Part shown: piece by piece, positions 20,549-28,543 of the stretch
Layout of the letters: each line of letters opens with the position of its first letter
How positions within the stretch are numbered: position 1 is the stretch's first letter
Assembly: GCA_011364905.1 (NCBI GenBank)
Contig: RDNZ01000001.1
Span: 96,001 to 160,000, forward strand
DNA: 64,000 nucleotides
From: Candidatus Thorarchaeota archaeon
GTDB lineage: Archaea > Asgardarchaeota > Thorarchaeia > Thorarchaeales > Thorarchaeaceae
Reading direction: 5' to 3'
Notes under the pieces: model-generated
Seen by the model: only the letters and a program-made list of their open reading frames with translations
Told to the model about the DNA's origin: nothing
Database searches by the model: none
Program-made: the position numbers and the translations under genes

Positions 20549-20902
20549 ATGTATAATGCAAGAATCAAAACAAAAGACACAGATGACGTGACTCACATCG
20601 AGAGTCTGAGTTTCTCACTCAATCGGGTCATTGCGAATCGAGTAGCACACATGCTTGCTGCTCTTGCAGGTTTGGTAATTCTTGTTTACATGGTTGTACT
20701 TGTCCCAGGTGCAGTCGTGATTGCCTTACCAGGAGGAGTTTATGCAGCCGGCAAGATCTATGATGAAACTCGAATCATTCAGTATCTCCGATATGGAGAC
20801 CCAGTTGATCCCGGCGTATGGGAAAACGCAGAACTTTCCTCTGAGATGGCTAGAATAAAAGCATCGGAGAACAGAGATGCTTCTAGGCAGTTTTCACGAT
20901 GA
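20549..20902 (+). CDS. Small membrane protein, paralog of 19021..19374
   Basis: GTGGTG RBS; hydrophobic segment then KIYDETRII...W.NAE...EMARIKA...FSR. Confidence 0.75.
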   Translation: MYNARIKTKDTDDVTHIESLSFSLNRVIANRVAHMLAALAGLVILVYMVVLVPGAVVIALPGGVYAAGKIYDETRIIQYLRYGDPVDPGVWENAELSSEMARIKASENRDASRQFSR

Positions 20903-20956
20903 GCTGATGTCATGAGCGTTCTCTCTATCTTGACAAATGAATCATCTATCTCCACC

Positions 20957-20985
20957 GTGACCCCATCAACCTCTGGTGGGGTCAC
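20957..20985 (+). terminator. 12-bp intercistronic RNA hairpin
   Basis: GTGACCCCATCA-ACCTC-TGGTGGGGTCAC with one G-U pair. Confidence 0.6.
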
Positions 20986-21014
20986 ACTCCTATTTAGAAA
21001 GAAGAGGTGTCGTA

Positions 21015-21968
21015 ATGAGCTGGCCAAGTAATTATCCGGACCCCGAAGACAATGATAGGAAACCCGCAGAAACAAGTGCTGCTGCGCCATCACCAAGTGG
21101 AATTTTAAAAGATTTCAAAGTAGGTTTTACGCTTGCTGTAAAGAACTTCCTGTCATTTGGACTTGCGATGCTAGGAATTATTCTGATAACAATACTACTC
21201 TTGCTACTAATCGTACTCTTCATACTGATCCCAATCCTCTTCACGTTGGGACTCCCATTCCTCATCCAACTTGTAGAAACAATTGCAACTGGATTTCAAA
21301 CTACAACAGGACTCACTCTCGTCATGCTAATCATGTTCCTGGTCCTACCAATTCTGGGACCCTTCTTCGTTGCACTTGGAGCGATATTTGGCATGGCACG
21401 GGAGCTTGTTGAAAGCGATGGAACTCAAGCAGAGAGTGCATTCTCATGGTACGGCAAAAGAGGGCTATCGCTTCTAGGAGGGGGCGCCATACACTTCCTA
21501 ATTACGCTTGCGCCGCTTGTAATTGCATTTCTGGCGATTTCCTATCCAACTTGGAATCCCCCTTCAGATGAGGAACTGCGAGTCATAATTCCGCTTATTG
21601 TTGTCTGGATCATTCTGGTCAATGGAATGTTATCTCTAACTTATCCTGGAATCATAGATGGACTGTCAGCAGTCAAAGCCGCTGGACGCTCTGTAAGGTT
21701 AGCCTGCCAATTCCCAGTGCGCGTATTAGGTGCGTGGTTGATCATTACTGTACTTGTGACTATTCCACTTATACCTGTCATCAACGAAGTTGCATTCCTC
21801 TGGGCCCCAATCATACCTTCGGATTTATTGGAGCCGTATGGTGCGTTGGCGATTCTTACACTACTCTTTGTTATCGTACCAGCTGTGTCCATCGTTCTGA
21901 CAAGAATCTACATGATTCTAACGGCAAAAGTCGATGCAACCTACACCCAAGGAGCTGATTCAACATGA
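21015..21968 (+). CDS. Multi-pass membrane protein of unknown function
   Basis: About seven TM helices; GAGGTG RBS before MSWPSN; ATGA overlap with the next gene. Confidence 0.8.
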   Translation: MSWPSNYPDPEDNDRKPAETSAAAPSPSGILKDFKVGFTLAVKNFLSFGLAMLGIILITILLLLLIVLFILIPILFTLGLPFLIQLVETIATGFQTTTGLTLVMLIMFLVLPILGPFFVALGAIFGMARELVESDGTQAESAFSWYGKRGLSLLGGGAIHFLITLAPLVIAFLAISYPTWNPPSDEELRVIIPLIVVWIILVNGMLSLTYPGIIDGLSAVKAAGRSVRLACQFPVRVLGAWLIITVLVTIPLIPVINEVAFLWAPIIPSDLLEPYGALAILTLLFVIVPAVSIVLTRIYMILTAKVDATYTQGADST

Positions 21969-22612
21969 ATCCAAAAGTATCCCACCCACGAATCAAGGAG
22001 TTCGAGGTCGTGACAAATCCAAAGATTATCAAACTCCTATTAGATGGAACCCGGAAGGATATCGTTTTCAACTACCTCGTGAACGAGCCCATGACAGTCA
22101 AGCAGCTTTCTGATGCCATGAAAAAGAAACCAGGTACAGTGCTGCATCATGTCCAGAAGTTGAAAAACGCAGGGATCATCCAACTCGTTGAAACCCGTGA
22201 AACACCGAGGGGGATTGTCGAAAGGTATTATCGAGCAGTGGCAAGAGAATTTCGCCTTGGAATCAGCGAGAGAATGAGTGCATACGACGATGACACAGTG
22301 GCATCAAAGGATAGGGTACGAGCAGCGCTTCTGGGTCTATCAACACTTGGTATACATATCTCAGAATCAGACTTCGAACACGCGCATGATCTCCTTCAGA
22401 GACTAATAGACAGAGAGGCCGAGGTAGCGAAAGTTTACGACTCCCCGAGCAATCATGCTTTTCAGAGTCTGCCCCCATCCACACGCTATGATGTGTCCTA
22501 TAGAATGTCACAATTCTTGCTCTCTCAAGATGCGCTATATAGGAAGACGCTCTCAGATTGGCATGACCTAATATCGCATTACTTGAGGAAAATCGAATCG
22601 GAGATGGTGTGA
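21965..22612 (+). CDS. ArsR-family winged-helix transcriptional regulator
   Basis: IKLLLDGTRKDIV...MTVKQLS...TVLHHVQKLKNAGII...ERYYRAVA. Confidence 0.88.
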   Translation: MNPKVSHPRIKEFEVVTNPKIIKLLLDGTRKDIVFNYLVNEPMTVKQLSDAMKKKPGTVLHHVQKLKNAGIIQLVETRETPRGIVERYYRAVAREFRLGISERMSAYDDDTVASKDRVRAALLGLSTLGIHISESDFEHAHDLLQRLIDREAEVAKVYDSPSNHAFQSLPPSTRYDVSYRMSQFLLSQDALYRKTLSDWHDLISHYLRKIESEMV

Positions 22613-23503
22613 GTGGCAATCGACTTCATTCTTGGTATAGGATTGGCACGAATCATTGCAGTTGTATTGCCAATTGTCGCGGTGGGCATATTCTATGTGT
22701 TTAACACCAGGTTCAGAGATAGGTCTGAAGGCAAGGCAAGGAAGTATCTCTCATATCTTGTGGTTCCGCCCCGATTGCACATTGATGGCCCCAATAAGTC
22801 ATGGAGAAGAGATAAGGTTAGACTGTATTTCTACTATCTTGCAGTTGTTTTGTTCTTGGCCAGCTTCTTGATTGGAGAGTTCTACCAGGTCATGTTTGAC
22901 TTGCTCCTTCCTGTTACCCAAGGCAGTACAGGAGACGCAAGAATTGTAACTGATGTGCTTTTCACAAGTCTATTCAGTGCTGGCTGGATTGGGTCCCTTC
23001 CCTGGATGGGACTTGTAACCTATCATGAAACCTGGAGTTGGATACTCTTTACCGCAGCTTTCACAGACAACCCTGGTTTTTTGATCTCAGTGATTCCAAC
23101 TTTGGTGGGAACATCCATCGTGGGTGGACTTGCTTTCTTAGTACCTCTTGTAATCAGAAAGATAAGGCAATCATTTCTCTCCTCAATGTTCTTCTTCACA
23201 ACAGGCATGGCTGTTTTTTCGAAAGCAACAATTAGTTGTCTTGCCTATGCTTGTGCTCTCCAGTTCGGAAAAGTAGAATTGGTGTATTTTGGAATAACAG
23301 CCACAGGAGATATGATCCCCGGTTTAGTCAGTGTCATAGCTGCCACATTTACACTCGCTCTTGCGATGTTCACACTATTCGTCTTGCTGGGACGAAAATT
23401 GTGGATGGTCTACTATACTGACTCCAAATCTAAGACTTGGTTCACTGTTTTCATCACTTTGAGTTACTGGTTAGGCTTTGTAATTACAATGATGGTGGTG
23501 TAA
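22613..23503 (+). CDS. Multi-pass membrane protein
   Basis: About seven hydrophobic segments; abuts the regulator stop. Confidence 0.75.
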   Translation: MAIDFILGIGLARIIAVVLPIVAVGIFYVFNTRFRDRSEGKARKYLSYLVVPPRLHIDGPNKSWRRDKVRLYFYYLAVVLFLASFLIGEFYQVMFDLLLPVTQGSTGDARIVTDVLFTSLFSAGWIGSLPWMGLVTYHETWSWILFTAAFTDNPGFLISVIPTLVGTSIVGGLAFLVPLVIRKIRQSFLSSMFFFTTGMAVFSKATISCLAYACALQFGKVELVYFGITATGDMIPGLVSVIAATFTLALAMFTLFVLLGRKLWMVYYTDSKSKTWFTVFITLSYWLGFVITMMVV

Positions 23504-23508
23504 TCAAT

Positions 23509-24702
23509 ATGGATACTAGACAGAACTTGTTGTTCGCTATGTGCATCGTAATTCTCATGATTCAGTTCGTTCCGGTCAGCGGTGTCTCATTAGCACAAAC
23601 AGATACGGATAGGGACTATTGGCCAACTGATGAGTGGCTCGTATCGACACCAAGTGCCCACGGATTAGACAATGACATCCTAAATCAGATTGATAATTCG
23701 ATTTCTGAAAACAATATTCACCTAGATTCTGTCATTATCGTAAGCGAGGGATACATTGTCTATGAGAAGTACTACAATACATGGACTCAATACATGGCAC
23801 ATACAATTCAATCCTGCACAAAGAGCTTCATGTCTGCCCTTATCGGGATTGCAATTGACAAAGGGTATATTGACAACGTGAGTCAGCGCGTTCTCGATTT
23901 CTTCCCCAATTACACTATTGACAATTGGGATCCCAGGAAAGAAAACATCACAATTGAAAACCTTCTTACAATGTCTTCAGGCCTCGAATTTCACGAGGTT
24001 GACATCCCGTATTCGGACCCGTTAAACGATTTGTTCGCTATGTATCGTAGCAATAACATGTGGCAGTATGTATTGAATAGACCCATGGAAAACGATCCAG
24101 GCGTTCAGTGGTCATATAACTCAGGAGGCATAGAACTCCTAGCAGGAATTATAGAGCAAGCAACAGGATATAGTATTGTGGACTTTGCAGAAGAATTCTT
24201 ATTCGACCCAATAGGTATTGATTACTTCACATGGTGGAATGTTCCAGCGAGCGGTCAATATGGATGCAGTGGGGGATTGTATCTCAAACCAAGAGATATG
24301 GCTCGTTTCGGGTATCTCTACCTGAATGAAGGAAGATGGAACGGTACACAGGTTATTTCCTCAGAATGGGTTAATGTTTCAACCCAGATGTATTATGACA
24401 CCGGGTCTTGGTATCACTATGGATATACATGGTGGGGTGTTCCAGGTTTTAACTTCTATGAAGCAACAGGGCATTACGAGCAGAAAATCTATGTCTTACC
24501 CGCTGAGGATATCGTAGTGGTTTTCACTGGCGATATAGCTGATGAAGACTGGCATCCGACTGACTACTTTGTCATGCAATATGTACTCACTGCAAGTGAG
24601 GAAAGCGGGCATCTGGACAGTCTGTTCGTCATCAATCTTTCTCTTCTAGTGGTTGTTGTTCTACCAGTTCCACTACTTGTGATACGACGAAGATATCACT
24701 GA
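23509..24702 (+). CDS. Secreted, membrane-anchored serine hydrolase (beta-lactamase class C / PBP-like fold)
   Basis: Signal peptide, YWPT..W, SCTK (SxxK), YNS, LLTMSSG, PRDMARFG, C-terminal TM plus RRR; start moved to 23509. Confidence 0.88.
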   Translation: MDTRQNLLFAMCIVILMIQFVPVSGVSLAQTDTDRDYWPTDEWLVSTPSAHGLDNDILNQIDNSISENNIHLDSVIIVSEGYIVYEKYYNTWTQYMAHTIQSCTKSFMSALIGIAIDKGYIDNVSQRVLDFFPNYTIDNWDPRKENITIENLLTMSSGLEFHEVDIPYSDPLNDLFAMYRSNNMWQYVLNRPMENDPGVQWSYNSGGIELLAGIIEQATGYSIVDFAEEFLFDPIGIDYFTWWNVPASGQYGCSGGLYLKPRDMARFGYLYLNEGRWNGTQVISSEWVNVSTQMYYDTGSWYHYGYTWWGVPGFNFYEATGHYEQKIYVLPAEDIVVVFTGDIADEDWHPTDYFVMQYVLTASEESGHLDSLFVINLSLLVVVVLPVPLLVIRRRYH

Positions 24703-24908
24703 CAGCGCAATCTGATGCAATGACAGTAGCCTTAATGAAAACTATTGACAGGAGTCGAGTCAAAAGGCTCACTTGCCTTCTAAGAACAAGGTCATGAGTT
24801 TCATATGAATGCAATTCACTTGAAACGTTTTTCTGGAATCGTAAAAGAACAGGAGTCGGGCCCCTCCAAGAGAAGGAACCCGAAAAGCGATTTTTTGATG
24901 AATCTTAT

Positions 24909-25448
24909 TCAATATCTACGACGTCTGTCGCGGCCACCGTAGCTGCCACCACGGCGATCTCTTCTATCACGGTATCCACCGCCACCATAGCCGCCGCCGC
25001 CGCCGCCGCCACCGTAGCCACCATAACCGCCACCGCCACCACGGCCGCCACCATAGCTTCGACGACGGGTGTCTTCGTGCTCTTCAGCACTCATGTCAAC
25101 TTCTTCGTTGATCTCTTCAATGGCTTCCTCAGCCTCAGCAACCTCACCGTACTTTCCGATATTGAGTCGGAGGTTTCCGCGGAACAGACCTGTGTAACCG
25201 TTTTTCAGTGTGTAGGTAGTTCCTGCCTTCATATCATCAATAGAGGCGTCCCACAAAGGCACTTGGACAGTACCCGTTGAATCACCAACTGTTGCGTCAG
25301 CCACGCGGTGGCTCTCTCCATCTCTTCGAGATGTGACTTCACGCGCTTCTCCAGTAGCAATCACTTTGAAAGTGATTGTTACATTTTTCATTCGTGGCTT
25401 TAACTCAGCCACTGTAGCCTCAATAGGCTCGCTTTCTGCGTAACTCAT
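24909..25448 (-). CDS. ssb: Single-OB-fold single-stranded nucleic acid-binding protein with a Gly/Arg/Tyr-rich tail
   Basis: VAELKP...RVADATVGDSTG.V...LW...NGYTGLFRG..RLNIGKYG OB fold of crenarchaeal-SSB/RPA type; C-terminal YGGG/RGG repeats. Confidence 0.85.
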   Translation of the reverse strand: MSYAESEPIEATVAELKPRMKNVTITFKVIATGEAREVTSRRDGESHRVADATVGDSTGTVQVPLWDASIDDMKAGTTYTLKNGYTGLFRGNLRLNIGKYGEVAEAEEAIEEINEEVDMSAEEHEDTRRRSYGGGRGGGGGYGGYGGGGGGGGYGGGGYRDRRDRRGGSYGGRDRRRRY

Positions 25449-25674
25449 CGTATATTCTCTCGCTTTTGCGAATAACAGGTCAAACAAAAACAGGGTGTTC
25501 TTCAGTGGGCATGTGTGTAATCGTAATAGACCCCTCACGGGCCACGTTTCGAAATCGCCTAGTACTTGGTATACCTGTGTGTTCTTGTGATAGATGTACC
25601 CTTAAGAACTTGTGCACAGGGGTCTTTTATTGCTTTTAAAAACATTCAAAAAGTATGAAGCAATTTAATTAGCA

Positions 25675-26661
25675 ATGAATGGAAATCGAAAGATCCTTGC
25701 AGGAATTGTCGCAACGATAGTAGTTGTGGTTCTTGTCGTTGTTAGTATGAATCAAATACCTCCGCCACAGAATGCGAACCTTACGGACTTCCCCGACTTC
25801 TACACAAAGAATGAAGACTATTACATTACGAGAATCGATGGTGTGCCAAATGTCAATCGGGACACGTATCGACTTGAAATAACTGGCCTTGTTGATAATC
25901 CTCGTTCTTTCACTCTCGAAGAGTTGCAGGCTTTGAATCTAACCGATTTACCTCTCACCATAGAGTGTATTGGTAACACCAAAAATGGAAAACTGGTGTC
26001 CACTGCTATTTGGAGGGGATTTAATGTCTATGATCTGTTGGATTCATTAGGAATTTCAGGAAGCGCAACGGGAGTCAAGTACACTGCTGCTGATGGGTAT
26101 TATGCATCACATACTATGAACCAGCTGCAAAACAACGGTGTTCTTGGAGCACTGTATATGAACGGTGTAGAGCTACCTCCAGTTCAGGGATTTCCATTGC
26201 GAATTCTTAACCCGGGGTACTATGGGATTAAACAGCCGGCATGGGTTATTGGGATAGAGGTAATTGATACGCCTCTGGAAGACTATTGGCAAGATCGCGG
26301 ATGGGACACGTCCCCACCCATAGATATTGATTCTAAGATTTTCTTTCCTACTAGCTACGTAAGAATCAATGTGAGCGAATCCCTCAGAATCGGTGGTTGT
26401 GCGTTTGGCGGGACTCGCGTTAAGCTAGTGGAATACACAACAGACGATGGAGCAACGTGGCATAATGCGCCTATAATTCAGCAAATCGACGCAGATAACG
26501 TGTGGGTATTTTGGGAGGTTTACGTGAGTTTTTCAACAGCGGGAAGCTACTCCTTTCAGACCAGAGCAACAGACATCAATGATAATCAACAGATTCAAGT
26601 AGACCCTGACCCGCTCGACGGAACCAGTAGCTGGCCACTTCTCATCATTGATGTGACTTAG
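25675..26661 (+). CDS. Sulfite-oxidase-family molybdoenzyme with N-terminal membrane anchor
   Basis: YRLEITGLVDNP, TIECIGN Mo-Cys, MNG..LP..QGFPLR...PGYYG.KQ..W, C-terminal Ig-like dimer domain. Confidence 0.9.
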   Translation: MNGNRKILAGIVATIVVVVLVVVSMNQIPPPQNANLTDFPDFYTKNEDYYITRIDGVPNVNRDTYRLEITGLVDNPRSFTLEELQALNLTDLPLTIECIGNTKNGKLVSTAIWRGFNVYDLLDSLGISGSATGVKYTAADGYYASHTMNQLQNNGVLGALYMNGVELPPVQGFPLRILNPGYYGIKQPAWVIGIEVIDTPLEDYWQDRGWDTSPPIDIDSKIFFPTSYVRINVSESLRIGGCAFGGTRVKLVEYTTDDGATWHNAPIIQQIDADNVWVFWEVYVSFSTAGSYSFQTRATDINDNQQIQVDPDPLDGTSSWPLLIIDVT

Positions 26662-26712
26662 CAAGAAGAACAGTAGTAGGAAGCAACTTGCAGGTGTTGT
26701 AACTTGAAGAGC

Positions 26713-27087
26713 ATGAAGATCTATGTTGCTGGACCCTACACAGGACAGACCAAGGAAGAGATTGAAGAGAATGTCCGAAAGGCTATGGAAGCAGGTCTCA
26801 GAATATGGAAAAAGGGACATTTCCCCTACATCCCCCATCTCACTCATTGGCCGGATATTCTCGCAAAGGAACTCGGAATTGATATGGATTGGCCTGATTA
26901 TATGAACTGGCACGCACCATGGGTCGACCACTGTGATGCATTGTTCCTGCTCGCTGAGTCGAAGGGAGCTCTATTGGAACTGAATCGAGTAAAGGAACAA
27001 GGTAAAACAGTCTTCCATACACTGGAGGAAATTCCAACTGTAGACAGATCCTTGACTTGGGCTCACGAATATGTAAATGAAAAATAA
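26713..27087 (+). CDS. Nucleoside 2-deoxyribosyltransferase-like (DUF1937/DUF4406-type) protein
   Basis: MKIYVAGPYTG...GH.PY.PH...CDAL....ESKGA..E pattern. Confidence 0.75.
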   Translation: MKIYVAGPYTGQTKEEIEENVRKAMEAGLRIWKKGHFPYIPHLTHWPDILAKELGIDMDWPDYMNWHAPWVDHCDALFLLAESKGALLELNRVKEQGKTVFHTLEEIPTVDRSLTWAHEYVNEK

Positions 27088-27132
27088 TGGGATGAGAGGG
27101 TGTAGATTATCTCTTTCCCTCTCTTGGATTCT

Positions 27133-27309
27133 TCAATCTGCTACTTGGCTCAGTCCTGCAAGACCAAGACAGAAGACTGCAATTCCGACCAATATGATAT
27201 CAACAGGCTGGCCAAGAATTGGCAATATTACAGTCGCTACGCCCATGGCTAGAGCCACTGCGTATAGAATGAATAGAATGATTTTGGTAGGTGACATGTT
27301 TTCTGACAT
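27133..27309 (-). CDS. 58-aa two-TM membrane microprotein (not in ORF track)
   Basis: MSENMSPTKIILFILYAVALAMGVATVILPILGQPVDIILVGIAVFCLGLAGLSQVAD*, with AGGAG RBS upstream. Confidence 0.75.
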   Translation of the reverse strand: MSENMSPTKIILFILYAVALAMGVATVILPILGQPVDIILVGIAVFCLGLAGLSQVAD

Positions 27310-27437
27310 TAATCAAGTTCTCTCCTATTCTGGTTGTCAGTAGCACTGACGTAGTGAGGGTGACATCTCCTATTTATTAGTCTTCCATTCAAAATGCCTC
27401 GATAAGTTATTGTATTGGAGTTTATTATATTCCTGAA

Positions 27438-27899
27438 ATGGAGATTCTAACTTTGTCTGAGAGGAGTCGTGAACAAAGATTCGATGAAGTATATCAGGTG
27501 ATTCTGATTGTTGTTGCCCTTTCATTCGACATTCTATGGACATCTGGACATTTCCCGTTAGCTGAGATAGCTGTCTTCATGTGGATCCTTGCTTTCTGGG
27601 CCTTCGGGAACCTCAAGGGAGGCATTTGGGAGTATCCTCTAAAGGTGGGCAGTTTCAATCTGTCGATTACATTGTTGACTTATTTCTACATGGTTGGAGT
27701 TTTCGGAGATATTGCAGCGCTAGGTCTATTGGAGAATCTCCTAATCATCATTTTACTCCCAGGTCTGTGTTTGATTATATCGCTAGTCTTAATGTCCTAT
27801 CTGCGAGAAGCAGTGGACCGTGTTATTGCTTTGCCTGTCTTGATTGGTGGGACTTTGGGTTATGTTTTTTCGATATGGGCCGTGCTTTTTCTCGGATAA
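27438..27899 (+). CDS. Small multi-pass membrane protein
   Basis: About five TM helices. Confidence 0.7.
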   Translation: MEILTLSERSREQRFDEVYQVILIVVALSFDILWTSGHFPLAEIAVFMWILAFWAFGNLKGGIWEYPLKVGSFNLSITLLTYFYMVGVFGDIAALGLLENLLIIILLPGLCLIISLVLMSYLREAVDRVIALPVLIGGTLGYVFSIWAVLFLG

Positions 27900-27909
27900 T
27901 CAGCGATGA

Positions 27910-27946
27910 CTAACATACGTTAGCTTAATAACTAACAGGTGTTAGT
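27910..27946. promoter_or_regulatory. Two CTAAC-N4-GTTAG palindromes (TetR autoregulatory operators)
   Basis: CTAACATACGTTAG 27910-27923 and ACTAACAGGTGTTAGT 27931-27946 flank CTTAATA. Confidence 0.7.
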
Positions 27947-27967
27947 AGATGCACGGGTTGTGCTTTG

Positions 27968-28543
27968 ATGTCCAATGAGGATCCCACTAAGAAACTAGTT
28001 CGAGATTCTGCGTACACTCTCTTTGTTGAGCGAGGATTCCATGGAAGCTCAATGAGGGATATCGCTGAAGGAGCGGGAATCAAGGCTGCTTCCATCTACA
28101 ACCATTTTGACAATAAAGAACAGATCTTCGAAGCTGTTTTCATCGAGCGGCATCCAATGTTTAGAATTCTTGAGATTCTTGATGGTATCAGTGGAGCGAC
28201 AGCCGAAGAACTACTGACAAATGCGGTTAATCAGCTCGACAAAGAACTTCGGAGTGATCCGACACTGCTCAACCTGTTTTTTGTAGAACTTGTTGAGATG
28301 AATGGAAAACATATTGAGAGAGCCATCAAACTCAATTTCCCCACAGACTCTGGGTTCATAAAGCAGATCTACGAGAAGAAGTCAGAAATTCGAAACATAT
28401 CCATACCTGTTCTTATTCGTTCGCTTATCGGAACAATATTTGCTAACATTGTATTCAACTGGTTTGTTGGGAAGAGTAATTCTCGACGATGGGGGACTAC
28501 TTCTGAAATGACCAATGTTTTGCTTCGAGGGATACTCAAATAG
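27968..28543 (+). CDS. TetR/AcrR family regulator
   Basis: AYTLFVERGFHGSSMRDIAEGAGI...SIYNHFDNKE. Confidence 0.92.
   Translation: MSNEDPTKKLVRDSAYTLFVERGFHGSSMRDIAEGAGIKAASIYNHFDNKEQIFEAVFIERHPMFRILEILDGISGATAEELLTNAVNQLDKELRSDPTLLNLFFVELVEMNGKHIERAIKLNFPTDSGFIKQIYEKKSEIRNISIPVLIRSLIGTIFANIVFNWFVGKSNSRRWGTTSEMTNVLLRGILK

Noticed and set aside
24940-25060. GCC/CCA-rich tandem repeat as a non-coding repeat or CRISPR
   Set aside because: It encodes the Gly-rich tail of the SSB-like protein and has no repeat-spacer structure
27077-27343. 88-aa plus-strand ORF from the track
   Set aside because: It is the antisense shadow of the better supported 58-aa minus-strand membrane protein
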